Assembly: GCF_032062105.1 (NCBI RefSeq)
Contig: NW_026935304.1
Span: 1 to 63,637, forward strand
Origin: Saccostrea cucullata
Lineage: Eukaryota
Direction of reading: 5' to 3'
DNA: 63,637 nt
The first letter of the stretch is position 1, and the number at the start of each line of letters is the position of its first letter. The position numbers were made by a program, and so were the translations under genes. Shown here piece by piece: positions 1 through 13,021 of the stretch. Below the pieces are notes generated by a model. The model saw only the letters and a list, made by a program, of their open reading frames with translations. It was not told where the DNA came from and ran no database searches.

Positions 1-1010
1 ACTCTTATCTATAGTCCACGATTGAAAATTATAATTTACAGACGTGAATCTATGTTTATCAACAAAATCTATTGATAATGTTTTATTACAGACAGATACT
101 TAGATTAGCATTCGTAAACTATAGTTAACGACCGTTCAATATAGTTTTCCAGATAAAAAATATAATAATTAATAATATAATAAATAATTTGATAACTGTA
201 GTTTACGATTTGTAAACTATAGGTTACAGTCAATAAACAGTTTATCTACTGCGAAACTATGTTAAACAAATTTTTGTGAATTTGGCGTGATATAAATAAC
301 TCTTTCAGTATTAACAAAAAAATAATTTCTTCAATACATGCTTAAGGATGCATATTTTAAATTGATGTTGCTTAATATCATGTAAGCATCTAGTCAAAAT
401 TTTAAGCAAAGTGTCAAGTATATGTTGTGCCCTTAAAATGAAAATTCATATAAAAGACCACCACTCGCTCTAATTACTGCATAACATTTTCTCATGAATA
501 CAATGTAATTTGAATAGGAAATTAAATCAGCTGATGCTACACGTTCCACATAGATCCTTGAAATAGGTGGGAGGGGGTCCTTTAACATTCCTTTTAGAAA
601 TCCCAAATGTGTACATTGGGATTCAGATCCGGGGATTTGGCAGTGCATCATCACACAAATGCCTTTTGGTCAATATCACTTGGTGTTTACCACGTAAGTA
701 TGATTCAAACTATGAACACTAAGATTAAATAATTTAATTCTCATATTCATTCATTCTTCTCTCTGTTCTTTCAATTCTTTGATTTCTGTTTTGTTTTATA
801 GAGAGAATAATCATTCTAATCAGAACACTTTATGTAAAATTTTATTGCATTTTAACACTCCTCTGAGCATACTATCGGCGACCTTTAATGACAGCAATTT
901 TGAAAAAATAATATTAAGTGTAAACAATAAAAGATAAGTTACTTTGAGTTAGATTTTCATATACTTTATGTCTTGGTACATGCATTTGTATTTTTTTACC
1001 ACTAAGAGCA

Positions 1011-1568
1011 AGAGCCATCTTTTGCATAAATTGGCCCTGAATTTATATCAATTAATTATCTATCACCCTCTTTCCATTTTCATATATCAAAATAAAGTAG
1101 ACACTTGGTGCTTTCATGTTCTTAAATGAAATTTCGTTTTAAGAATCCAAATATTTGAAAACAGGCTTTGAGAAATTGCAATGTTCTTGAAATTTGCAGA
1201 AAATATGCGCATTTGACTACCTTCAGCAAAGAATGTAAATATGAGCACATCCAAAAAATAAAACATGTTTTTGATCTTCAGAAATAGGCCTTTCATTATG
1301 TATTGGCATATTTTGGATCAGAGGTTGTGCTCTATATGAAATATTGAAAAAACGCTTCATCTTTAGGTCATTTAAAGGCATTTACAGGATATGAGGAAAA
1401 TGACGCATTTTATGACGTCACAATGCATTGACTAGATGTGAAATTAATTAGATTAATAGATACGTGGTCACCAACATTCCAAGTGATAAATACTGCATTT
1501 GCAACCTAAACTAAGCGGTTTTGAATTTTCAGAAATTCTCAGGGCCAAATAAAGCCCAAAGTGGCTCT
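1011..1568. mobile_element. Non-autonomous DNA transposon (MITE) with imperfect ~30 bp TIRs
   Basis: Left end agagccatcttttgcataaattggccctga; reverse complement of right end agagccactttgggctttatttggccctga. Absent from the paralogous segment near 34200. Confidence 0.65.
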
Positions 1569-1879
1569 ACCTCTTTTCACAAAAAAGGCTAATGTCTACA
1601 AACTTACAACCCTAGTTCATCTGATACATTATTTATCATACCTAGCTTTCTCTATAGGTAATAATAGAAAAGCTTGTTTATTATTACATTGTCTAAAGTT
1701 ATGGCCAAGTAGGTATTTAAAAACTATATAGAAATCAAATATTAATACTGCTTTTCGTAAACGATTTCAGCCCAGGTGATTTTAATGGGCACCAAAATAA
1801 CAGCTACCATTTTTGAAATACATGTATGCATGTCTGAATCTAACACTAAATACTAATAAAAAGTGGGTTATAATATAAT

Positions 1880-2230
1880 AATTTAATTTCACTTTTATCA
1901 AGCAATTTCATTGGCTAAATCATTCAGAGGAACATATATTATTTTGGATAACATAACTTGCCTACGTCACAATGAGTTACGTCAAAAACGTATTACTCCG
2001 CCTGACGATACTTTTAAAATAATGTTCAATTTGAAGTCTTTTTCCGGAGGAAATATTGTCTCATTGTCTACACTGGAATTAAATTATAAGGAATGAAGCT
2101 AATTTCAACTTATGTTATCCGATATAACAAAACTTGGGGCAGTTTACGCTTTGCGGTTTATAAAGCGTAAACTGTCCCAAGTTATGTTATATCGGATAGC
2201 ATAAGTTGAAATAAGCTTCATTCCTTAAAT
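1880..2230 (-). mobile_element. ~350 bp non-autonomous element with a ~140 bp terminal hairpin, copy 1
   Basis: Near-perfect palindrome at 2087-2228 (taaggaatgaagct...agcttcattcctta). The whole element is an inverted copy of 3226-3580 and is absent from the paralogous segment near 35840. Confidence 0.75.
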
Positions 2231-2564
2231 CAATTCAGATTGTCGTACTTCTCTCTAAGATATTGAAAGCAGTTAAGAAGAGGCTTTAGGCGTACTGTAC
2301 AACAGTATATTCGAGAAAAGATGTTAGTCAGATAAGGAGACATAAAAACATCAAGGGTCACTAAGAAGTTTCAAATCTAAAAGAACAAAAATTTGCTAAA
2401 ATCAATAACATGTAAAAGGTAAAACTTTTTAGACTTTGAATTTACATTAACACAATGAACTAACATCCAAGTTTTATGAGATCAAAGACACTTTTTAAAT
2501 GGCAACTGGAACCCGAAAATTACTTGTCTTTTTCATAGCGTAATTAGCCAAATTATTTCTTTAA

Positions 2565-3225
2565 CACCTTACATGGCATATACGCATTTCTACGCATCTG
2601 ACTTGAAGAACAAGTATAGTGTGAAAAAACATTCATAACTTCGTTAATGCTGCAAATATCAGAATAAATCTTGCACCGTTGGAAAGAGAAAATAATTACG
2701 ATGAAATAATATACAAAATTTTTTTTTATTGGTTGTACTAGTTTTTTGCTAGCTAGCTTGAGTTAAACTTTGCGCACTATTTGAGCGATTTTGCCATTAT
2801 CGAATTCATTGCAGGGGTAACATGTTATGTGCAAAATGCTAAATTCTGGTGATAACCTTCCAACCGCACCCCATCCCCCCAAAATACTTAACATTGGTTT
2901 GTTAAAAAATGAACAATATGCTCATAATTTTCAACACAACAATGAAATATTTTTTAATATATTAAATTAAGCAAACAACAACAAAAAACTAGAATGAAAC
3001 TCATTCTTGAATAAATGGAAATTCCAGCATGATTATAAAGTATTTTGTTGCCATGGCAACTAAAATAATATTTTTATAATCATTTTCAGAAGCTACACAA
3101 TACGTGCTTTCAGAATATTTATACATTGGTATATACAAAATTACAAGAAAAACTGAAAAAAAAATGCATCTAAATCTAAATATCAATTTGTCTAGAAATG
3201 CTTAAATTCTTTGCCATGGAAGGGG
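2565..3225. mobile_element. piggyBac-like MITE
   Basis: TTAA on both sides (2561-64, 3226-29). Imperfect TIR caccttacatggca / tgccatggaagggg. Absent from the paralogous copy. Confidence 0.7.
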
Positions 3226-3580
3226 TTAAGGAATGAAGCTAATTTGAACTTATGTTATACGATATAACATAACTTGGGGCAGTTTACGCTTTATAAACCG
3301 CGAAGCGGTTTATAAAAAAGCGTAAACTGTCCCCAGTATTGTTATATCGTATAACATCAGATCAAATTAGCTTCATTCCTTATAATTCAATTTTAGTATA
3401 GACAATGAGACAATTTTCCCTCCGGAAAAAAGGATTCATATATAGCATATTTTAAAAGTAACGTCAAGCAGAGTAATACGTTTTTGACGTAACTCATTGT
3501 GACGTAGGCAAATTATGTTATGCAAAATATTATATGTTCCTCTGAATGGCTTGATATAATTGAAATTAAATTATTTTTAT
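3226..3580 (+). mobile_element. Hairpin element, copy 2
   Basis: Palindrome at 3227-3382 centred on aaaccgcgaagcggttt, followed by a tail matching the reverse complement of 1880-2090. Confidence 0.75.
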
Positions 3581-3639
3581 ATATCTTGGATTGTGTACAG
3601 ACCTATGGGAAAGCAATGTTAAAATAACGATAAATTCCT

Positions 3640-4500
3640 GATTGACAAAATCTTTGAAGTGTTTGGAGATCAGGTTTTCAAACTATCTGTTGGAATGCCC
3701 ATGGGTACATATTTCCTCACATTATCAGCAGACCTCTTCTTATGTTCATATGACGTAGAATTCATAAAAAATGTACCTGAAAGACGAGCACACTTGTTAT
3801 GAGTTTGAATTAAACAGTTAGATATATCATTAACTACTTAAGTGCATGGTGGTTACAACATATGCTCTAGAGTTGCAAAGTAAGGCGTTGACCAATACGT
3901 CGCAGGGTCGAATCCCACTTTGACACGTTGGGTCCCATCCTTCGGATGAGACTGTATAAACCGAGGTCCCGTGTCGCAGTGGGTGCGGGCACGAAACGAA
4001 TATCCTTTCCTGCTCAAAGGCTGTAATCACCTTCGTTTATGGGACAACTTTGTACTCTCAACCGACAAGTGGTGGTGTCTCCATATAAGTGAAAAATTCC
4101 TGAGAGAGACGTTTAATAACATAAAAATAATCAACCAGACTTACTTCCATTCATATTTTGACTAATAATGTCTTGGTGCATCTGTTTCATACTTGGTAAA
4201 TACATTAATGGTAGTCTCACAACAAAACTTTATGATAAGGGGAGGACTTTGAGTTTATATCGTACCTTACTCATATAATAGTACACCCTTATCAACTACA
4301 TTTGGGTTTCATGTTTCCAAGTTTATTCTATACACTACTATATGCTCAACATACGAACAATTTCTACTACGATACATGCTATTGACAAATATTTTGCTGA
4401 AACAAGAGTTTCAACACATCAATTTCGTTTGGAGTCATTACTTTGCAAATTCTATGATCGATACAACATGCTTATAAGCAAATATCATCTATCATAATAC
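3640..4500 (+). mobile_element. Degenerate Penelope-like reverse transcriptase relic, interrupted by a SINE
   Basis: Residual translation DKIFEVFGDQVFKLSVGMPMGT...SADLFLCSYD and ...TTKLYDK...KFYDRYN resembles Penelope-type RT (GxPMG motif). Many stops and frameshifts. Paralogous relic at ~36170-36700. Confidence 0.7.
3835..4135 (+). mobile_element. tRNA-derived SINE
   Basis: A-box-like gtggttacaac and B-box gggtcgaatccc. Body (tcggatgagac...taaaccgaggtcccgtgtcgca...caagtggtggtgtc...gtgaaaaat) is shared with five other copies in the window. Confidence 0.8.
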
Positions 4501-5969
4501 TGAATATCATTTTTAATACTAAGCATTAGGCCATTTTTTACACACTGAATCTACATATGTAGCGAATCTTGTTGCATGCATGAACATTTATCAAATCGAA
4601 TAGGATAATAACAACTAAAAAATTTATTGAAACGTCGAAAATAAATTTTGTTAAAACACTGCATAGGAAAATTTATATTGTTTGTTTGAAAAAAAAAATA
4701 CTTCCCTTATAAATTAGAAAATATGTCAAAATTTCTGAGAAACAAAGACACGTTGGAAAATCCATGTACTATTCAACACTGCATTTTCTGTATCAATCGT
4801 ATAAATTGAGAGCCTTTGTGTAGTAAATGCTGGCTTGAAAAAAATATTCCCCACAGCTTAAACAGCCATGACTTTATTCTTTTCAATTAAACAATGAATT
4901 GAACATAGATGCTTAACTAACTCAACACACAATTAATCTTTATTTGAATAATAGTATAATCCCAGACAAGAATCATAATCAATTAATGATTGTCATATTT
5001 TTGGAAATAGTTGAGAAGTTTAAAAAAATCTTTACAATTTAATTAGTACAAAATAGCTAGGCCAAAATTTCCCCCAAATTAAATTTTTCTGAAACTTGGA
5101 TATTTTGTTCTAGAATATAAAATCTCTCTTTCAAAAAGAAATATGAAAGAAATTAAACCACACACTTTTTATCCAAATAGTTTAAAACATGGCCTATCAG
5201 TGGCTTGTAAGAAACTTGTGAAATCAGATTGTGAAAATGAGCCTTTTCCAACATTATTAATGAACTTATTGAAAACTTGTTTGATGCTTTGTTTGAAGAC
5301 AACTTTTTTTACTTAAATTAAGTACCTTAAGTTGATTTTGCAAATTTGAATAAAATAATGTGTAAAAAATATACCATACTTACGATTTGAAGTGAAAATT
5401 CACGTGAAACTATGCTAAAGGTAAAGTTTTCACAAGAGAAAATATATAAATAAATTTGAAAAAAAAGCTCAACAGAATGATTCAAATGGTTCCCAGAATA
5501 AAATGTGTCAAAAATAAGCTAAATTAAATATATTGTTTCAGATATTTTTGTGATAAAAAAAATTAATTCCAAAAATATTTAAGGTTCAGTAAATGACATC
5601 ATAATATTAGACCTTAGACGTCTTGACATGACCTTGAACTTAAAAGTACATTTAGAGTGGAGACGCCATTTACTTGTGTCCAAATATCAGCCTTCTACTA
5701 ATCATAAAGCATAAATTACACTGCATTTACACTGGTCAGCATTGTATTTAAGTAGCAAAAAAGCCATTCTAAAATGTAACCTCCTGAATGACAAATAATA
5801 TAGAATTCTCGTATTTTTTCACAAAATGTGATGAAAACATGCGAAATAATTATTTTTCTTACAAACATCATTCATTGATCACAATATCGTGACATAATTC
5901 TTTTATCAGGTAATTTTAAAGAAAAGAGTAAAAATAGAATTCACGGGTGTTTTGCGTTACCTTAAATAA

Positions 5970-6270
5970 GATCAATGTGGAGATATTGTTTTTTGACATC
6001 TGTTAGCTGCAATTTAAAATTAATAAAAAAAATGTCATATTTACAGGCTATGGGTCCACTTCTGGTGTTGCAGTTCAATCATCTCTTTACGATGCTGTTC
6101 CGCTGCCAACAAAGGAGGGAAAGTTGAATGTCACTTCTCTACGATAAGATTTTCATTTCACAAGGACCTGTTACTATAATTATTAAAGGTAAGAAGAAAA
6201 AATGTATTTAAAGAATATCGATCTTTTATTAAGTGATCTTAATAGATGTTGCAAAGCAGGAAAGAATGAT
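5970..6270 (+). pseudogene. Orphan relic of the last exon and flanks of the TM2-repeat gene
   Basis: Acceptor atttacag at 6046, then GYGSTSGVAVQSSLYDAVPLPTKE, homologous to exons at 16098 and 25160. The upstream intron motif tcaatgtggagatattg and the 3'UTR motif ttcatttcacaaggacctgt are also shared. No upstream exons seen. Confidence 0.8.
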
Positions 6271-6299
6271 AAAATGTTGGACTGGTTGTTTTTTAAATG

Positions 6300-6616
6300 A
6301 GGTATATGGAGATAACGAACAGTATTCAACATCAATGTCCAGAAAACAATACAAAGTTGGAACAGAGCAAACAAAGACCTATAAAACAACAGAGGTGGGA
6401 TCGGGTGTCATGGAGGAGTGAGAGGCCCCTACTGACCGGTCACACCCGCCGTGTGCTCCTTGTCATAATCGGGAAATAACGGAAAAATTCGTTGTATTCA
6501 GTGTATAAGTAATGAACTAACAATTAGTATGAAAAACATTTGACTCATTGATATATTTTATTTTCTGATAAGGTCATTATATCGACCAAAGAACTTACAA
6601 AATGATGACTTTAAAC
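6300..6616 (-). mobile_element. Repeat fragment, probably the terminal part of a Penelope-like element
   Basis: Motif agaggtgggatcgggtgtcatggaggagtgag...tgaccggtcacacccgccgtg recalled as typical of the oyster Penelope-like repeat end; recognition from memory only. Confidence 0.45.
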
Positions 6617-6819
6617 TAGGAATGTCAACAAATATTCAACAAATATTCGAATATTCAATATTCATTCTATGGGTTGATATTCGCATATAAATATAGGATT
6701 CGTATATCAAGGTTCTCCATCATTTAAAACTTTACTGTGTTGCAGAGTTTACGCGAAGCATTAAAATTTCGCAGTATTTTCGCGATCACATTCGCAACTG
6801 AATCATTATTCATTATATA

Positions 6820-7835
6820 CTGAAAGGAAAAAGAAACGCAGGGTAGCGTAATTGTCGATAAAAATTTGATCACATGACCGAAAATTACGAAAATTGGTCA
6901 GATGGGAAATTTAGTTACCGTGCATCAAAATCAGTATTCAGAATTACTCAGCCGTAAAATTTATGACGTCACGTAGGGAAAACGCTAAAAAGCCCAAAAC
7001 ACGTGCAATTTGATAACGACGTGTTTGTCCACAAATCTTGTTGCTTTATTTGATGCATATGAGGTATGTACATCGTTTTTCAATATTAAGAGACATTATG
7101 AATTTATTGCAATCTTGGCACAGTTTACGGAAGTTCAATGGGGTCTTGTTTTCAAATTGCTTAATTAATGAAAAAGGCAACAACCGTTTTCTAAGCAGTC
7201 TCTTGTAAATTTTACCCCATAAAACTTTTTAGCCGTTGTCAGAGAGGGTCTGGAGTGGATTTCAATCAACCGTGACGATGACGTTAACGCGAAACAGAGT
7301 CATGTTACGAGCGGGTTATTCGTCCTGCCATCTCTTAAATCGCCACCTTACTACTACAAAAACAGCCATTTATAGTGTACACGATTATAATCAATACATT
7401 CATACGAAATTTGAAAGAAAACAATTCCACAATTTGGTTTTTTTGAGCCAGTCAACGTACTGTTGTATTCCTCTCACTGGCGCATGCGCGCGCCGTTTGA
7501 CTTATTTTTTTGCGTTGTTACCCATGCTAAGTATAGCCAGGGTTTGAAAGATTTATAAACACTCTGACGAAATTCCATGCAAAGGAGAAATAAGACTCTG
7601 ACAGATGCACGAGATGGACATTGAAGATAATGAGAGTTTTCGATTTTCCCTTTTGGAGGGTATCGTCATTTGAGCTTCAATAACTCATGAATAATTTCAC
7701 AAAATCATATGAGAATTTGGTTACATCTTTTTGAAAGATGATTTTAAAAGTTAGATAGGAAAACTAAAAAGTATTTTAAGAAAAACAAATTTAATTCACC
7801 TCAAAAGTTTACCCTGCGTTTCTTTTTCCTTTCAG
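6820..7835. mobile_element. TA-flanked MITE (Tc1/mariner-type target), copy 1
   Basis: Perfect TIR ctgaaaggaaaaagaaacgcagggta / taccctgcgtttctttttcctttcag with TA flanks. Second copy at 14448-15883. Confidence 0.9.
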
Positions 7836-8293
7836 TATAATTACAAAAGAATACAATGTATATACATTCACACACTTTTTCAAAAATTGTTTATTCGTTC
7901 AAAAAATGGTATGGCTGTACATATTGATAAAAGTAAAAACACATGTTCTGAAAAGCAGAGGAAATTCTGTCGATAATTAAGTCGAGCTACTTAATATTTT
8001 TGAAAGTATATTTGCCGTGATTATTTGTTAGTAGTTTTTTTTAAATAACCGAATTAAAAAAAAAATTACTGAATTAAAAAAAAAAAAGAAACTTCAGAAT
8101 AGTAAAATAATTTTGAGTCCCTTGAACATGTTGAAAATTTTAAGCAATTTATTCATCAATTAAATGACTTCGGTACGATGTAATGTTTGACTTACAGTAC
8201 TTACATAATTCTAGAGCCATGGCTCTTTAGAAAAGACATATTTAAATATTTTTTTTAAAATAAATAATACAATTTGTCTCAAATGCAACTACC

Positions 8294-9300
8294 AACTAGT
8301 GCTAATTGTAACGGGAACCGTTACAGATGTTCCCCAAACGCTCCCCAACTCCCTTTTGGTACCATATTCCCTGTACGCCTTATTAAATAAGACAACAAAA
8401 AAAAATGCACGTGCATAGTGATCATATAATCTTGTCTACACTTTCTATATATTAAATTATACTTAATATGAAAGCATTAGTCCAAAAGTATTAAAAATCA
8501 CTCATTCAAGTGTATTTTCAATTTCACTCGTTAAAATGACGCACGTGCGTGCACGTGCATGATGACCATACCTTCTTGTAGGAGGCCCTTATATCTATCT
8601 ATGTTCTAAATCCCATCCTGTTTGGTTGAAAATCAAGGGAATTATAGCCATTTCAAGTTTCAGCCAATCAGATTGCAGCACACGTGCTTAGTGATTTCAT
8701 GAATAATCATATTGTAGAATCCATAACTATGTTTTAAATTTCAAAGCACAAAAATCAAAGGAGATATGGCCATTTAAATTTTCAGAGCATGAGCGTGATT
8801 TCTTGAAATTTTTTGTATATCATTTATTCATCAATGTTTTAAATTTGACTTCAAAAAATAAAGGAGATATAGCCTTTTAACGTTTCAGCCAATCAGATTG
8901 CAGCGCACGTGCATGCGCGTGATTTCATGAAATTTTTTCCATATTATATTGTAGGATATCCGAATTTATGACAATGTTAAAAATTTCAAAACTTCGGAAA
9001 ACATTGAGATTTTTGTTTCAGCCAATAGAGGGCGCACGTGCATGAGTTCATGCTAATTTGACAGTGTCAAATTATTAACACTCTTAATATATCTTTATGT
9101 AATATTTTTTTTCAAAAATGTAAAAGTTATAGCTATATTAAGTATATCAGTCAATTCACTCATTTCACGCGCACGCACGTGCAGGCGTATGCGCGGAAAA
9201 TGACCTTCGTTCCGCACACCTACACTACACACCTATTAACCCTAAAAAGGTTTTAGCTCAGTTTAACCATGACAAATAAGAAAAAAAAATAATAATAAGT
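8294..9300 (+). mobile_element. Helentron/HINE-like non-autonomous element with internal repeats
   Basis: Starts aactag. Repeated gcacgtgcatg and tttcagccaatcagattgcagc units. A-rich aataataataag tail; no clear 3' hairpin. Confidence 0.5.
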
Positions 9301-11872
9301 GTAAAACAAACATGGAAGTGTAAAACAAATTATTTGTCTTTGTTCCTTCATGCGTGAAGTCCGGCGAGGGTCTTGTAGATAATTGATTATGCAGATTGAA
9401 GCCTTACAGTAATTAAGTGTTCTACCTTTTAGAGACTAAAGACGGTAGAATTGTTTGATTCAAGTTTCAGTTAGAGATAAAATATATGTTTGGATTTTCT
9501 AATTATCACAGACGTTACCGTGTCGGCAAAATTTTTACTGTGTTGCATGCATACAATTTGAATTGTTAATGTGTCGCAGAAAATTTTACTGTGTCGGGAG
9601 CAACACAGTAAAACAGCTCATGGAGAACCCTGCGTATATTCTGTTTTAAGGATACAGATATTTATTAGATAGGAAAAAACGGCAAGTTTTATTTGAAATT
9701 GAATCAAGGTCGTACCGTTGACAAGAAATAAGATTTGATTTTTAAAAAATTAAAAGACACACCTGCTGGATAACTTTAAAAGTGTGAAGAGTGTAACTAT
9801 TGAAATGAATTATTCTTCGACCATTTAATTAGTGGTATTGCAGTGCCAAGTATTAACAATCAGTTTGTATTGTAGTAAGGACACACTTTTAAAGAAAACA
9901 CAATGACCCCTTGTTTATTTCTCAGCCGTTTATTTTTATATCACAAAAATAGGTAATTATCAGGAAATTAATAAGATAAAATTAATTGACTTTAATTTTT
10001 CTTCAGTATAGATAATTGTTTAATGGGGTATAAATTTATAAGAGTAGATAGTGTAGACTTTGGTAAGACGATCAATTAATCTAGAACATATTAAAGAGAC
10101 TTTTGAATTTTCAAAAAAAAAATGTATATTCATTAGATTTTGGATGTATACTCTTCTGATATTCTGTAACAATAGAAAAATAATTACTTTGCATTTACAA
10201 AACTCTACATAAATTGCATTCCAAAATAATGACATGAAATGAACACTGGTTGACAGGAGAGTGAAAATATATATTTTCTATTGCAAAATGTATAAATTAT
10301 CGAATATATTCAAATATATTCGAATACTCCTATCGAATATTCGAATATCAATTATTGACTATTTTGACATGCATCCCTACTTTAAACCAAATTGCAAATC
10401 GACAATGCTTAGATTATTGAATTATATTTTACATTGATATTTAAATTAATCAAATACAATTTGAAATTTTTAAATCTTATAATATTAATGTCATAAAATA
10501 GGTGCAAAAATATAGGCCTATATATATAGTTCATAAAGTAAACAAAAATTAAATTGCACAAATACTAAAGAATATTTAACCAATTCTTTTCATTTATGAA
10601 TTTATTATGACATTTCTATTCACAATAGGTTAAAATTATTTACCAATCCATTCTTTATTTTCTTTTTTAGAAAATTTATCAATTATGACAAGTATTTGTT
10701 TATTATGTGTTCATTTAATTGATAAAATTTTTCTGGTACCTTTAAAGTAAGTTTTGCGTCTCCCTCCAATTTTTTATTTTTTTTTATATCTGCACACATG
10801 TTATATATCAATTTGTTCAGGGAGATTAGCTTCGTCATTTGATATGATTTTCAAAGATATTGTCTGTCCAATTTTTTGAATAAAAGACGCCAAATTCAAA
10901 ATATTTCTATTCCAATCAATTACCCATAATCTAAAATCATATGTTTTCATTTTACTTACAATTAAATTTAAGGAAGGAGAAAACTATGAAATAAATAAAT
11001 TGCCAACATAATCAACGAAGAATCAATATGGAACTACATGTATTATAAAAATCTACAGAATGAATTAGGTAAATGCAAAGACAAAGAATGCTCTTTTCAT
11101 GCACAATCCGGATCTTTTTATTAAATAGAAAATGAGATATGAATAAAAATCAAACTTCATTTACAGAAGGTAACTTGAATACCTGGTAGCTGAAAGCATG
11201 TTTCCGGGTCATTTCAACCAAAATATATCTCAATATAAAATCTATTCAGTGACACATTATGCAAATTTCAAATAGTTCATGTATTTTTTTTATACCAAAT
11301 TGTACATATAAGCATGGCATCTGATTAAACTTAGCAGTGAGAAAAACTTAAATTTCAAATAGTGGAAGGTACATATAATCATAGTACTGAGTAAATTAGG
11401 AAGAAGTTTGAAAAATAAAGATTGATACTAACTCTCAGTGTTAACACCCCTCCTTTCTTTTTTTTACCTAAAATGTACTTTAAATCCTTTTTGATGTTAA
11501 CAAAAACATAACAAAGGCCTTGTTTTGACAAAGGTTTGGAGCTCAAAATCTTTCTTGTATCTCATCATCAAAAACTGAAATTAAAATTTTGGCAATATTT
11601 AAAAAAATTCCTTAATTAAGTATTTATTTAAACTTGGACAAACAAATAAACAAACCAAAACCAAAAAAGCAAGTCAATTGAAATTGCTAATAAAAACAAT
11701 TTTCCATTATTTCTTGTGTTTATGTATTTTGACAGAATGTCTACAGAAATGGAAACGCTTCAAACACGTCAACAGAACCCTGCTGTCCCTGCAAACCAGC
11801 AAGGGACGCAACTCCAGCCGGGTTACCAACAGCCACATACCTCCTATCAACAAACTATCAACTTCCAACCTA

Positions 11873-13021
11873 CAGTCAATGGACAAAAGTATTCATGAAT
11901 TTGATTGGCGTTGCATAATCGCCTTGCATCTCTCGGCTATTTTTCTCTTGCACTATCTATAGAACTAACTAAATAGAATGAAACTTTCAATAAAGAGACT
12001 GGAGAAATTACGTCACGATTTTGTGACGTCATTTTGTCACTTGTATGTCTGTAAACACTGGAAAATATCACTTGAAAACATGGGGCGAAAATCAGTTGAG
12101 TTGAGTACTGAGGTAAAAGAAATGATCGTAAAATCTGCAAACCACACTCCAAATAAAGCAGAATTGGCGAGAATGTTTGGTATACCTAGGTCAACAATCG
12201 TGAGTATTTTGAATAAATTTGACAGACTGGGTACTGTAGAAAACTTGCCGAGATCTGGCCGTCGACTTTTGTTTACAACTCGGGACAAGACGAAGTTGAG
12301 TCGTCTCGCTAATGCAAACAGGAGGGAAACTTTGACAGATTTAACAAACAAACTGAACGAAGGAAGAGGAAGACAATTTAGTGAATTTAGTGTATAGAGA
12401 AAGGACGCCGAAGCGAAAAGTCCCCATTTGATTTGTCCGCCATCGAAAAGGAGGGTAACACACATGATCTGGGGATGCATGTGTTTTGATAGTATGGGAA
12501 CTACTGTACCTGTCGAAAGTAATATAAATGCACTCAAATAATCAGAAATAGTCGATAATAATCTATGGCCTGTAATTGCCAGACATTTCCCGAACAAAGA
12601 CTATGTTTTCCAAGACGATAATGCTCCCGTACATAGGGCTCTCGTAGTAAAAAACTATATGACCGAAAATAATATTAACTGCACAGATTGGCCAGCTCAG
12701 TCTCCAGATTTAAATGTGATTGAAAACATTTGGTTAAAAATCAAAAGAGAGCTTAAAGGCATGTCCGCAACTATTGAAAGTCGCGATCAGCTGTTTGGGG
12801 CAATTAGACAAGTGTGGGAAAATATCCCCTTGGAATACGTCCACAGCCTCTACGCATCCATTCCAGATCGGTAGAAGTAATCCGTATGAAGGGAAATCTG
12901 ACCAAATATGAGGTAAGTGACTTTAATTTTAAGTTTACAAATCTACGTTTAATGCTCCCGTTGTGAACGTAAACAACGCGACGCCATTTAAAAAATGATG
13001 AATACTTTTGTCCATTGACTG
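11873..13021 (+). mobile_element. Tc1 (DD34E) transposon, internally deleted
   Basis: Perfect 24-bp TIR cagtcaatggacaaaagtattcat and TA TSD; empty site ccaacgTAcacacag in the paralogue near 23090. Transposase from ATG 12080 has an HTH (AELARMFGIPRSTIVSIL, PRSGRR) and FQDDNAPVH...WPAQSPDLNVIENIW with 34 residues between D and E. The first catalytic D region is deleted and stops are present. Confidence 0.95.

Larger units (their letters stand above)
290..4520 (+). repeat. Segmental duplication, copy 1 (copy 2 at ~33798-36720)
   Basis: Collinear matching blocks in both copies (catgcttaaggat...ttttaagcaaagtgtcaag; gcttgtttattattacattgtctaaagttatggccaag; gctttaggcgtactgtacaac; gctattgacaaatattttgctgaaacaagagtttcaacacatcaatttcg), interrupted by copy-specific insertions. 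Confidence 0.9.
6708..9632. mobile_element. CA(G/A)GG...CCCTG-ended non-autonomous DNA transposon with a 7-bp TSD (P-like or hAT-like)
   Basis: TIR caaggttctccat / atggagaaccctg. TSD CGTATAT (6701-07, 9633-39). Subterminal tttactgtgt repeats. Confidence 0.8.
6617..10379. mobile_element. Non-autonomous hAT element hosting nested insertions
   Basis: Exact 8-bp TSD CTTTAAAC (6609-16, 10380-87). Termini taggaatgtcaa...ttgacatgcatcccta. Subterminal gaatattcgaata repeats at both ends. Confidence 0.85.

Noticed and set aside
2087-2228. pre-miRNA or terminator hairpins (also 37737-37927)
   Set aside because: They belong to repeat insertions that are absent from paralogous sites; no expression evidence is available.
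3845-3925. tRNA gene
   Set aside because: A/B boxes are present but continue into a repeated SINE body, and no cloverleaf is evident.
7236-7547. ORFs 7236-7547 and 15125-15352 as a conserved gene pair
   Set aside because: Both lie inside copies of the same MITE; the similarity reflects repeat identity, and their ends are not conserved.
12037-12597. 186-aa - strand ORF
   Set aside because: Antisense shadow of the Tc1 transposase.
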